Below, piece by piece: positions 51,365 to 63,249 of a stretch of DNA of 64,000 nucleotides. The notes beneath the pieces were generated by a model that ran no database searches, was not told the DNA's origin, and saw only the letters and a program-made list of their open reading frames with translations. Location: the NCBI GenBank assembly GCA_030390025.1, contig CM059425.1, positions 162,628,001 through 162,692,000 of the forward strand, read 5' to 3'. The translations under genes and the position numbers were made by a program. The stretch is from Squalus acanthias. Its lineage: Eukaryota. Numbering within the stretch: the first letter of the stretch is position 1; every line of letters begins with the position of its first letter.

Positions 51365-51978
51365 CACGTATTTATATAACGCCTTTAACATAAAAACCCC
51401 CAAGGTGCTTCACAGAGACATAATCAGACAAAAATGGACAATGAGCCAAAGGAAACCAAAAGCTTGGTTAAAGAGATGGGTTTTAAGGAGGGTGTTAAAG
51501 AAGGAGAGGGAGGCAGAGAGGCGAAGAACTTTAGGGAGGGAATTCCAGAGCTTGGGGCCTTAGACGGCTGAAGCGCGGCCACCGATGGTGGGGCAACGAG
51601 AGAAAGGGATGCACAAGAGGCCAGAGTCAAAGGAACAAAGATTTCTGGGGGGACTTTGGTGGGTGATTAGTGGAAACCCCAGAGAAAAGGCATAAATGTC
51701 ATATAATAATAAGTAAAATCAAAGTGGATTTCAAACGCTGCTGCACATAGCCTAACTCACACCAAGTCCCATTCACCCATCACCCCTGTGCTTGCTGACC
51801 TACATTGGCTCCTGGTTGAGCAATGCCTTGATTTTAAAATTCTCATCCTTGTTTTCAAATCCCCCCATGGCCTTGCCTCTCCCTATCTCTGGAATCTCCT
51901 CTAGCCCCACAACCCTCTGAAATACCTGTGCTCCTCCAATTCTGCAGATAAAGTGATTTTTATAGCTCCACTATTGGT
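51365..51978. mobile_element. Two L2 fragments in opposite orientation (51365-51640 on -, 51735-51978 on +)
   Basis: L2 tail on - (tttatataacgcctttaac) and L2 ORF2 piece HITPVLADLHWL on +. Confidence 0.75.
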
Positions 51979-52429
51979 GCAAAATTCTTGAGTGCTGGGC
52001 TCTTTTGGCGGCACCCCACTCCCCGGTGGTGCAGCAGGACCCCGGTGCATGCTGTGCTAGGCCCCTCCCCTTTAATCAGGGGAGAGAGGCCTGCAGTACC
52101 GCGGCGCTATGTGTGTAGCGCCGCGATATTCAATGGGAGCGCCCCAAGAGGAAGGAGGAGCGCTTCCAGTAGCGCCTCGCCTCCTGCTTGGGGCGCTAAC
52201 ATTGAACTTCAGGCACGGGTGCGCTAACTTTTTTGGGGCGCTAAAAGTCTGAGTTGACCATGTGAGTCTGGGTGTGGGGACCAGACTTAGGTTGTGTAGC
52301 CACGAGGCTGGAGCTTCAACACCACTTAATGTCTGTGTGGGTATTTCTGGAGCGATCATTCCCCCCACCCCTGGGGGTGACGCCAGGCCGAAGTTTCAGC
52401 CTGTTTGTGCTGCATGTGTTTGGGGAGAA

Positions 52430-52800
52430 GATCAGGAGATCGGAGCGGGGAGAGGAGAGGGGATCGGAGCGGGGAGAGGAGAGGGGAGGGGATCGGAGCG
52501 GGGAGAGGAGAGGGGAGGGGATCGGAGCGGGGAGAGAGGGGAGGGGATCGGAGCGGGGAGAGGAGAGGGGAGGGGATCGGAACGGGGAGAGGAGAGGGGA
52601 GGGGATCGGAGCGGGGAGAGGAGAGGGGATCGGGGAGGGGATCGGAGCGGGGATCGGAGCGGGGATCGGGGAGGGGATTGGGGAGGGGATCGGGGAGGGG
52701 ATCGGAGCGGGGATCGGAGAGGGGATCGGAGAGGGGATCGAAGCGGGGAGAGGAGCAAGGATAGAAGGGGGAGAGGACAGGGGATCGAACGGGGGTGAGG
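52430..52800 (+). repeat. Purine-rich G-run tandem repeat (GGGGATCGGAGCGGGGAGAGGAGA and 12-bp GGGGATCGGAGC variants)
   Basis: Visible directly in the sequence; it accounts for the low-complexity ORFs in all frames. Confidence 0.92.
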
Positions 52801-53529
52801 AGAAGGGATTGGAGGGGGGAAGAAGGGCAGGAGCTCGGGGGGAGAGAAGTTCAGGAGCTCGGGGGGAGAGAAGGTCAGGAACTTGGGGGGGGTGGGTGGG
52901 AGAGTACAGTGAGGATGGGGGAAGCATTTGATCCAGGTCTAAATGGGGGTGTGGGGGGAATGTGTGCGAGAACGTGATCCAGGTGGGAAGTCGGATCATG
53001 TTCTCCCCCCTCTGTTAGACGTGGATCACATTCTTCCAACCCAACCCCCACTCCCTTTACGTTCAGAACACGTTCTCCCTCACCTCCCCCCTAGACCTGG
53101 ATGATGCTCTTGACCATGAACGGCAGTAAGTTCTTTTCTTAGAAAGCCTGGCGCATGTGAGGCAAGTGACATCATTGGACTGGACGAAATCCCGAAGTCG
53201 TGACACTGTCACTATTCACTTCGTACCCAATAAACCTGTTAACAATCTACACATAATGCCCCATCAGTCACCGCAGCTCTCACCGAGTGTTTAGTCTGAC
53301 AGAAAGATTAGCGACAGTGTGGGTACTTCCGGTTTTCAGTTGACACGTGATGTCATCCTGCACATGAGCTTGGCCACTCAAAGATGTCATTCTCAGTGCA
53401 TGCTAAAAATCTATGGTTCTGCTGGTGACATCACTTGCAATGACGTCACCCTCACCTGTTCTCGTTGAATGAAATGCGCCTCACTAAACCAACCTTGCAG
53501 CTCAAATTATGTAAAATCGTCACTGCTGT

Positions 53530-56500
53530 GGATTTCACTCAGCAAATCAGGCAGCATTTACGGAAAGAGAAAAAGAGTTAACATTTCACGTTCTGATGAA
53601 AGGTCATCGAGCTGAAACGTTGGCCGCGATTATTGCCGGCGCTCAGAGGGCAGGTTTGGAGACGGGTCAAAGGTTAAAATCTTTTTGATTGACAGTGGGT
53701 TGCGATTCCACCGTCAACCCACCTCCACGCTACTTTGCCAAGTGCCGGCTCTGAGAGTTCCGATCGGTCCCGCCACCAAGCGGCGGTAGAGGCATTTAAG
53801 GCAGTTTACAGTTTGTTAACTGCCTGAATAAGCCGATTTTAACAGGGTATTTCAATTTTATTACATTTTCAGCGTGTTCCACGCCTTTCACAAACCGCGC
53901 CAGCTGATTGTGTCGGGTTCAGCAAGTGCCTGACTTCTTGACAGCTGCAGCTCCAGCATAAAAATGGAGCTCTAACATGGCTGACTTTCAGATGACAGGA
54001 CTTTGTTTTTTCAGGTGTTGGAAGACTTTTTGCAGGCTTACTGATCTTGTACGTCTGAAGCTGAGATCCAAATGCACTGTGACCTCCTTGGAAAACCCTC
54101 TCCCCACATTGACTGAGTGCTTATAACTTCTAGTCCTCAACTGACATATATACCAGCGGAATGGGAACCATTTATTCCCCGTCATCCTGGTCCTCAGATT
54201 TGGAGAAAGAGCAGCTGCGGCAGCAGCAGAACCAGGCACAACAGCAGCAGCAACAACAGGAGCACCAACCTTCTCCTCACCCACCTGATGCTGCACAGTG
54301 CATCAGCGCACGGCTGCACGTCACCGCAGGAATGCCCCCAGCACAGGCTTTGTGGCAGCTTCCTCAACATGACAGAGCAGCAGTGCCAAAGGAGGCTGAG
54401 ACTTTCGCGAGAGGTAGTCGCTGACATCTGCGCAATGCTGCACCAACACCTGGAGCCCAGAGGAGCGGGTGGACACCCCTTACCTGTGGCTGTCAAAGTC
54501 ACCACTGCCCTCAATTTCTTTGCTTCAGGGTCCTTCCAGGGATCATCAGCAGACATCAGGGTCTCCAGAATCATCGTGGTCTGTTGTGCACTGCACAACA
54601 TCGCACAGCAGCGTGGCTTACCGCTGCCTGAGGAACAAGTGGCTCAGTGCACAGCCTCCTCCTCAGAGGAGGATGAGGATGAGGATGATGAGGAGGAGGG
54701 CCTTGCGGAGGCGGATGCGCCAGTTCCACCAGCACGCGAGCACATTGCTGCCCGTGATGCAAGGGATGCACTAATCTATGCCAGATTCGCTTAAGTTGAC
54801 GAAGCAAACACATGTGGCTGCCACCTTCTTAACACACCATACACAATGTACAATAAAGTGTGGGTTCCTATCACTCTCACCACCATCATTACAGATGAAA
54901 GGCACCCTGGCAGTTCACTGTGAGACTTCCATTTCTGGGCACACATAGGCCAACTCTTTGAATGTTTGCCATTGCATTTCTTTATTGAAATTGAAATGGC
55001 GATGATTATATTAAAGATGTATTACATCAAAACACCCAAGTGACTACCCTTGTGACTATAGGTGCTTCATCTTTCTCTTATGCATGCTTCTACGTGGTGC
55101 TTCCCCTGTGGCTTCAGCAGATGTGGAGGCACCTTGCTCACTTTCATGCTGCTCCTGCTTCGACACCTTTGGAAGGCGTCCTCTGGATTTGCGAGCCTGG
55201 GAGGGCTCGGCAACAGTCTGCTCCTCCTGCAGCTGTGCAGGAGCTGAGATGGCCATCTCAGTTGGGTGAGGACTCTGGTGGGGCTCTGACCGAGGGCTCT
55301 GCAGTGGCATGGTTGTGTGAGCGCTTGGAAAGGAGCCCACACTTCCTTGTTGCCTGCCACAAACATCCCTCTCATGGGTTAGTCGCACTTCAGTGCTAGT
55401 AAGTGGCTGGACAGTGGCAGTCCTCCTCCAAAGGACATCCATGAAGCTCTGGTCTCTCTGCTCAATAGCTGCCCATCGCTCCTCCAGTGATGTCATTCTA
55501 TTCTGAACATTCACCATGTTTTCCTGACTCTGGCGACTTATTTCCTCCATGACCACAGCCATCCTTTCCACGGAGGTTGCCACCCTCTCCATGGTGGTGC
55601 GTTCATGCGCCATTGCCTCCACAAAGGCAGTGCGCATGTTAGAGATGGACTCCTCCATCCTCTCCACACTCGCAGTTACCCTGGATGCAAAACCTACCAG
55701 AGACTCCTGCACTTGTTCCTGGAGTTCCAGCTCCGCTCTCTTTCTGGATGGCCCCAGATGCACAGGGTCTACATGCAGCTGAGCACAGCTGGGAGCGCCC
55801 TGCGGCCTCTGACGAGGACTTTCAACTGCTGTCCCTGTCTCCACCATCTGCTGATATGTGCTGTGATACACCAGGTGACAACACGACTGTATCTCTCGAT
55901 GGACGCACCGAGGTGTGTGTATCTGCGCTGGTGCTGGGTGCGCTTAATTTGGCTGACGCTGCGCCCTCAGAGGTTGCATCTTCCTTTGAGGAGTCTTCCG
56001 GCTCTTCCTCCTAGACAGTGGGGAGGGGGGGCTCTCGATGGTTATGTGGGGGAGTAAAAGGCATGAGTTAGACATGTGATATTAACGTATCATGCACATC
56101 GAATTGTGCAGATGATCATAATTCAATCTGTATGAGCATCAGATGCCATATCAGTCACTCATGCAATGTAACTGAGAGGGCTGCAAATCTATTCTGTCAC
56201 CAGCTTGCTCTGCTGCGCCTGTCTGACCGTCCCCCACTTCCAGATCCTCAGCCCCTCCTATGATCTCCAGAGCAGCCTCCTCAGCGGTGGCCAGCTGGGC
56301 AACGGAAGGTGGCCCTCCTCCTGTCCTGGCCCTCTCCCTCTTATTGTGGGATCTCTTTTCCTGCAATGAGGGACACAAGTGGAGTTGGAGTGAGAATGTT
56401 GGAGTGAGTGTAGAGAATCCATAGCATAGATGCTTAGAGGGAGACAAAGATGGAGTGAGGTGCCAATACCAAGGGCCCTCCCTGTGCGTTGTTAGTTGTT

Positions 56501-57280
56501 GGCATTGCATAACAGTGATAGCGAGTGTGAGGGGTGCATAGTAGAATAGTGAAGTGATTCTGTACATAGAGAGAGAGGGATGGTTAAGGGTGCAAGGGAT
56601 GTAAGGGTAAAGTGGGATGTGCAGGAGTAGGTTGACAATGCAGAGTGCTGGTGCTGAGAGGAGATGGGGAGCAGATTGAAGGTCAGTGTGATGTTAGACT
56701 CACTTTTGCTGAGCGTACCAGGTCATTAAAGCTTTTTCTGCACTGGACCCAGGAGCGAGCGCACAAAGATCTGGAGCTCACCTCCTCAGCAATTTGCAGC
56801 CAGGCTGCTTTGCTTTGCTGAGGAGGCTTCCCCCGTCCAGATGAGGGGAAGAGTATCTCCTGGCGCACTCTCACTCCCTCCACAAGAGCATGGAGGGAGT
56901 CATCATCAAAGCGGGGAGAGGCCTTAGCTCTTGCAGAAGTCATGGCAACAATTTCAAAACGAGAAGCAGCAGGAAAGGAAGGATTTGAAACGAAGCTGTA
57001 TGGGCCCCTTAAATACAGCTGGCTGACAGACGTCAGCAGAGGCGAGCAGCAGACCCAAAACCACGAAATGGGCCGGGTAATGCGCACGGACACATTAAGT
57101 AGGCCACTTAAGGCAAAAATCGCATTTTCTGGTCAGCTGAAAGCGGAGGCGGGACTGGAACCCGCCGAACCTCAAACCCGCACGCAACCTGTCACCATTG
57201 ATAAAATCGCGGCCGCTAACTCTGCTTCTCTCTCCACAGATGCTGCCTGACTTGCTGAGGATTTCCAGCATTTTATGTTA
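53530..57280. mobile_element. Family A foldback/hammerhead element (about 53530-53621 plus 57218-57280), split by a Harbinger
   Basis: Joining the flanks restores CTGATGAAAGGTCATCGAGCTGAAACGTT|AACTCTGCTTCTCTCTCCACAGATGCTGCC, homologous to 38130-38190. Confidence 0.8.
53622..57214. mobile_element. PIF/Harbinger element with the transposase catalytic core deleted
   Basis: TIR GGCCGCGATT and TSD GTT/GCT. The transposase remnant is at about 54161-54794 (+). The Myb gene is on -: exon 1 56704-56943 and exon 2 56201-56360 are both open, and exon 3 (about 55056-56045) is frameshifted. Confidence 0.93.
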
Positions 57281-57431
57281 TTGGAGTGATTATTTGCACG
57301 AACAAATTTGAGTCGTTCTGCGCATGCGCACTGTAATGAGGACGGAGCCTCAAGACCGTCCTGCCACCAACCAGAGCTGGGCATGCACACCTGTCGTTCC
57401 AACCGCGCATGCGTCTACATTTCCTTCAGGC

Positions 57432-58520
57432 TCAGCACAAACCCTGGAGCCCAGAGCCCATTCACCGACTGTAGGCCCAGCTCAAACCCCGGAGCCCATT
57501 CATTGGCAGTAGGCCCAGCTCAAACCCCAGAGCCCATTCACCGGCTGTAGGCCCAGCTCAAACCCCAGAGCCCATTCACTGGCTGTAGGCCCAGCTCAAA
57601 CCCCAGAGCCCATTCACCGGCTATAGGCCCAGCTCAAACCTTGGAGCCAATTCACCAGCTGTAGGCCCAGCTCAAACACACAAACCCGGACCTGAAGCTC
57701 ATTCACCGGCTGTAGGCCCAGCTCAAACCCCAGAATCCATTCACCGGCTGTAGGCCCATCTCAAACCCTGGAGCCATTCACCAGTTGTAGGCCCAGCTCA
57801 AACCCCAGAGCACATTCACCGGCTGTAGGCCCAGCTCAAACCCCAGAGCCCATTCACCGGCCGTAGGCCCAGCTCAAACCCTGGAGCCATTCACCGACTG
57901 TAGGCCCAGCTCTAACCCTAGAGCTCATTCACCGGCTGTAGGCCCAGCTCTAACCCCAGAGCGCATTCACTGGCTGTAGGCCCAGCTCTAACCCCAGAGC
58001 CCATTCACCGGCTGTAGGCCCAGCTCAAACCCCGGAGCCAATTCACCGGCTGTAGGCCCAGCTCAAACCCCAGAGCCCATTCACCGGCTGTAGGCCCAGC
58101 TCAAACCCTAGAGCCCATTCACCGGCTATAGGCCCAGCTGAAACCACTGAGCCCATTCACCAGCTGTTGGCCCAGCTCAAACCCCGGAGCCCATTCACTG
58201 GCTGTAGGCCCAGCTCAAACCCCAGAGCCCATTCACCGGCTGTAGGCCCAGCGCAAACCCTGGAGCCCATTCACCGGCTGTAGGCCCAGCTCAAACCCTG
58301 GAGCCAATTCACCTGCTGTAGGCCCAGCTCAAACCCCAGAGCCCATTCACCAGCTGTAGGCCCAGCTCAAACCCTGGAGCCCATTCACCGGCTGTAGGCC
58401 CAGCTCAAACCCCGGAGCCGATTCACTGGCTGTAGACCCAGCTCAAACCCTGGAGCCCATTCACCGGCTGTAGGCCCAGCTCAAACCCCGGAACCCATTC
58501 ACCGGCTGTAGGCCACGCTC
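57432..58520. repeat. 38-bp minisatellite, about 28 units
   Basis: Unit is GCCCAGCTCAAACCCCAGAGCCCATTCACCGGCTGTAG, with scattered substitutions and small indels. Confidence 0.96.
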
Positions 58521-59021
58521 AGAGGGGGGAGAAGGTCAGGAACTTGGAAGGGGAGGTCAGGAACACACGGTTGGGGGGGGTGGGGGGCGGCAAGGGAAGA
58601 ATGTCAAGAACTTATGGAGGGGGGGGGGGGAGAAGGTCAAGAACTTGCTGGGGGGCGGAGAAGGTCAAGGACCTATTGGGGGGAGAAGGTCAAGACATTT
58701 TTTGGAGGGGAAAAAGTCAGGAACTTGTGCTGTGGGGGGGGGGGGGGTGGGGGTGGGGGGGTGGAGGGGGAGAAGATCCTAACCCGGGAGGGTGAGCCCT
58801 GTCTGTTCTCTGAAAACAGTAGTGGCTGCCTCAGCCTGGCTGTCACAATGAATGGATCAAATTACACATTGCAAAGATCTTGATTACTCCAGCAGGCAGG
58901 ATCTAATTACACATTCCAGACAAACTGTTGGGTGTGTCTTGTCCTCCAAGGGGACCAATCAGAAATCTGGCGTTGCAAATAATTACAGCCATTTTAAGAG
59001 AGTCAAAATGTTACTACAGAC

Positions 59022-59152
59022 CTGCCAATGAAGTCATCCTTCTTCATAGAGTCCTTGTCCCACACAGTAATATCTATGATGTCACCCTTTTCATCACCAA
59101 GAAGGAAATCAAACTGTTCCCTCCACTGAGGATTCAGAGTTTTTAAAATAGC
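59022..59152 (-). CDS. MCTP1: MCTP1-like coding exon, C2B core (AILKTLNPQWREQFDFLLGDEKGDIIDITVWDKDSMKKDDFIG-R)
   Basis: Not in the ORF track; read manually on the minus strand. Acceptor is tctttcag|GCT and donor is GGCAG|gtctgt. Length is 131 nt, phase 0/2. It contains the C2 motifs KTLNPQW and WDKD..DDFIG. Confidence 0.92.
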
Positions 59153-59273
59153 CTGAAAGAATTAACACAAGTTACACTCAGATTTATCTGGGAGACAGCA
59201 TCAAGATGAGCATTGAAGATTTCACTCTACATTTCTGCAATACTACCAACAGGAAATAATATATTAACATACA

Positions 59274-60021
59274 GACAAGAGTTTCCACTATGGGCGCAAT
59301 TGGCAATACGCCAATTGCGCTCAAAATTGCGTTAATTTTGAGAAGTGTTTTTTTGTCTCAAGTTTCCACTCAAACTCATTTGCATATCGCCGCACATAAA
59401 ATCTACCATGAATCAGCGCAATCGGGCAGCGTCTTACACATTAATTCAAAAAAAATTTGCATTGAAAAATATTCCTTGATATATTTTAAGAATGGTAACC
59501 TGGTACAGTTTTATTAATACAGCTAAAAATGAATTTATCACAAAAATAAGCATTTTTAATCAGAGTGTCTACTCCACCACCTGTGATGAACCTGATTTTA
59601 AATAGCTGAAAATAACTTTAAAAAACTATACAGAACCATTTACTAGTTACATTGGTGTACAGTAGTCAGTTTCTTAATAAACTAAAAAAAAAATATTTAA
59701 AAGCTTTTAAAAATGTGCCTATTAGTGTCCTTGCGCCTAAAAAAATGTTTAATTTTAAGAGCCTCCTCGAAGGCCCGCAAACAGGCGCAATTAGCAGAAA
59801 CTCCCAATGGTGATTAATTCATCCTGGGGGCACAGCCAGTTTTCTGGGTGTGGCCAGCTTCTAGCATGATGTTTTTTTAAACTAGCGCAAAAGATCGCGG
59901 AAACTCGATTTGTGCTGGACGTAATTTGTGCTTAAAATTTCTCGATCTTTTGAGCTGCTTTGGCCAAGCTAGGGCAAATTGCGCAGAGAAAAACAGCGCA
60001 ACCTGGCGGAAACTCCTGCCC
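59274..60021. mobile_element. Harbinger-type MITE, inverted relative of 20235-20960
   Basis: Ends are GACAAGAGTTTCC and GGAAACTCCTGCCC, with a core shared with 20235-20960. Confidence 0.8.
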
Positions 60022-62370
60022 ACTATGTTTGCAGCAATCAGTGCAAATGATAATGAGCAAATAAATTTTGCATCCAAACTGATGACGAAGTTACTTGCAT
60101 TCACTAGGCAAAACTGCTGAAATATTCAGAAAAGAAAAATGAATTTGCATTTATATAACACTTTTCATGACCTTAGGGTGTCCCAAAGTGCTTCACAGTC
60201 ACTTTTGAAGTGTAGTCACTGTTGCAATGTAGGGAAACGCCAATTTGCACACAGCAAGGTCCCACAAACAACAATGAGATAAATAGACCAGATAAGAGGA
60301 GTAATTTTCAACTTGAGCAGGGGCAGTAAACTGGTAGTAGCAGATCATGTGACCATCATACACTGTGCCTGATTTTCCTTACCATTAAAATCAAAAATTG
60401 ATCAGGACATCAGGAAATCCCCTCTGCTCTTTCAAATAGTACCATGGGATCTTTTGCATTCACTTGAAAGGGCAGACGTGCCTCGGTTTAATGTCTCCTC
60501 TGAAAGATGGCACCTCCAAAAGCACAGCACTCCCTCAGTACTGCACTGGAGTGTCAGCCTAGGTTATGGGCTCAAGTCTCTAGAGTGGGGCTTGAACCCA
60601 AACCTTTCTGACTCGGTGGTGAGCATTCTACCTCTGAGCCAAGGCTGATACCTGTACTTAGTAATCTATTCACTTATTTTAGGTTACTGCAGTAGACTTT
60701 ATTATCCCTCTTACAAAGTTCACAAAAATATTCATAGTTACATTGCATTTCTGAAAATAAAGCATGTATAAGTTACAGACCTTTTTCTTAACTATTACCA
60801 AGCAATGTCAATATTAATATAACATATTATAGTTTTAATCCCAATGAATTTACCAGTTGTGTCTTTTCACAATTATCTGCTTACTAGTTCTAGTGAACTT
60901 TTATTAATTTTCTCTGTTTAAAGTAGACAAACAAATTAGGTGAAGGCGTGAGGAGAACACAATCACTTGCTTACCACTTAATACAATTTATAGTCAATTT
61001 GATTCTAAGTAACAAGCTGGGGCTGGGAGGAGGGAGAGGCGATGCTATTATAATCAGGATATATGGCCATTAATCACACATTACTTTCTCATTAGCAGTG
61101 AAATAATTGCTGAAAATAAATCAACAGAATAGGAAGTTTAGGGGGATCATATGCTTGGTTACTTGAACATGTAAAATGTTCATTCGCTTTTAATAAACTT
61201 GTTAACTTAAAAATGCCATGAGGCCCTCCTCTGACTGAACAAGTGCATAGACTGACAGCCAGTAGGAATTAGTCACGGACTCAAGCAGGTTCATTTCCTT
61301 CCAAGCACTGGGAGGTATTTAAGTAAATACAAAATTGGTGAAACCAGATGTTTACACCTGAAATCAGGTTACCTGTTTGCAGTAGATTTAAGAAGGTAAT
61401 ATCTTGCTGAGGGCAGTAAGCATGGTAAAAATTTCATTTTTGTTAAATAACTTTTCTGAGCGTGTGGGGAAAAAATGACGAATGCCTGCCACTGATTTGG
61501 GGAGAGGGGGTAAGTTCACTGCCATTCCAAACATGATTTCTATGTTGTCTTAAGATTTGCAGGTATGGGGCCAATTAACGAAGACACACAACTATTGAAA
61601 ATCCACATGGCATTTTACTTAGTCGCCATATTTTATGTATTTCGGTTGCTATTGTATTTTTTTTTACATTTATGAAAAAGATTCTTTTCTTTAAAAATAA
61701 ACAACAAATTACCCCATTTTATTTCCCTTGACTCCTAAAGGGACAAACTCGTGCTGGAGTACAGTTCCACAGATACAGCAGCACCCCCCCAACCCCCGCC
61801 ACCTTCCCCCCCCACCGCCCGCGAGCCTAGATACTGAGTGCCAATAGACTAATTGAGGTATGATGAGTCGAGCCTAATGCTGTACTCACCCTACATCCAA
61901 ACACATGTTTTTCAGCGGGGGGTCACTGGATAACAATTAGGAGCAGCAATTCCAACTGATTTTTCTCCCTTCATATCCAAGAACGTCAAGGCCAATTGTA
62001 GTGGTCCAACTGTTGCATAGACTAGGAATCAAACTTAGGACCTTCTGTTCAATATAGCTTAGTAGCAGGCTAGGTAGTAGTTTTGTTATTTAAGCCACTG
62101 GGGAGCTTATTATTGTAAATTAATGCACTTTACATTTACTGGGCAAAGTCTGGGTTAAGTTAATTGAAAATAATGCATATCTGGGACTGATCACAAAGCA
62201 GGAATCTCAAGAGATTTCAATAATGTCAAAAACCATGAGGGAATGCAAAAAGCTTTTAATTGTCTCTCTAATTTTCTCCCCTTCACTCCTTAAGGTGCAG
62301 ACTCATGCTGGGATACAGGTTCATATGTCCTCTAACATCTCATCCAAGTAGCTATTCTCCATACAATGTG

Positions 62371-62470
62371 ATGATGTGGAGATGCCGGTGTTGGACTGGG
62401 GTGGACAAATGTGAGAAGTCGCACAACACCAGGTTATAGTCCAACAGTTTTATTTGAAATCACAAGCTTC
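62371..62470 (-). mobile_element. 100-bp solo truncated copy of the family B pLTR
   Basis: Reverse complement of about 49591-49690, flanked by a 7-bp TSD CAATGTG (62364-70 and 62471-77). Confidence 0.85.
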
Positions 62471-62906
62471 CAATGTGGACTGTGATTGGTAGTCGACTAT
62501 TTGACTGTTGGGTCTGCAACATCGCTTTTGAGCCCAATCAATCTTCATTCTACGCCCACATATATGTACTTTCCAATGGGAATAGTGATCAGGAGCTGGA
62601 ATCCTGGCTGATGTTCTTCTCCCGACTAATCCAGTGGCATCAAGGCCACAGTTAAGATCAGCACAGACCAGCAATTAATTCAGATTCCACACCAGTTGAT
62701 GCATTTACTAAATGACCCATCAGAGGAAAAGCTAAGTAAAAGTACTGTGTAACCCAACCACCTTGATAGTAGTCCCACATATGTTTGAGTTTCCTTGTAC
62801 ACATTGTGCACTTCAGGGGTTAGTTTTATTCTATTTTGTGTCCTTGTTCTTTGTAGTGGTAGGATTATGGTAGGCATTGACAGAACACTTGTGCCAGGAT
62901 TTTATC

Positions 62907-62943
<37 letters not shown>

Positions 62944-62944
62944 A
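62907..62944. repeat. (AT)n microsatellite
   Basis: Visible directly in the sequence. Confidence 0.95.
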
Positions 62945-63084
62945 AAAAATACAGTTTAACTACAAAGACCACTAAATTGTTGGGCAGTGAACAGAATATT
63001 AACAAAGGCTTTTAAATCTTTAATATGCATTTTGAATGAATAAGTACTTATTTTAAAACATTTTTATCTTAATTATTCAATTAC

Positions 63085-63249
63085 CTTACTCTTGTATTTC
63101 TGACAGCCCATTCTGAATTTTACATATGGATCACTGAGTCCATTTGGATCCATGGGCTTTAAGTCTCGGCCCTCAATTAGAGTGACACTGACAACCCCTC
63201 TCCAGAGCTGGTCCCTTTTGTGTGCCTCCAGAAGGCGGGCATTCTGTAC
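63085..63249 (-). CDS. MCTP1: MCTP1-like coding exon, N-terminal half of C2B domain (VQNARLLEAHKRDQLWRGVVSVTLIEGRDLKPMDPNGLSDPYVKFRMGCQKYKSK)
   Basis: The translation matches the MCTP1 C2B start as recalled (LWRGIVSITLIEGRDLK.MD.NGLSDPYVKFR). Acceptor is ...tgtcccatcag|GTA and donor is AAG|gtaatt. Length is 165 nt, phase 0/0. An alternative in-frame acceptor 6 nt downstream (gtacag|AAT) is possible. Confidence 0.9.

Noticed and set aside
52262..52999. Long Gly/Arg/Pro-rich ORFs on both strands
   Set aside because: They are by-products of a stop-free purine-rich tandem repeat.
57432..58520. 38-bp repeats as a CRISPR array or repeat protein
   Set aside because: There are no spacers, the period is not a multiple of 3, and stops recur.
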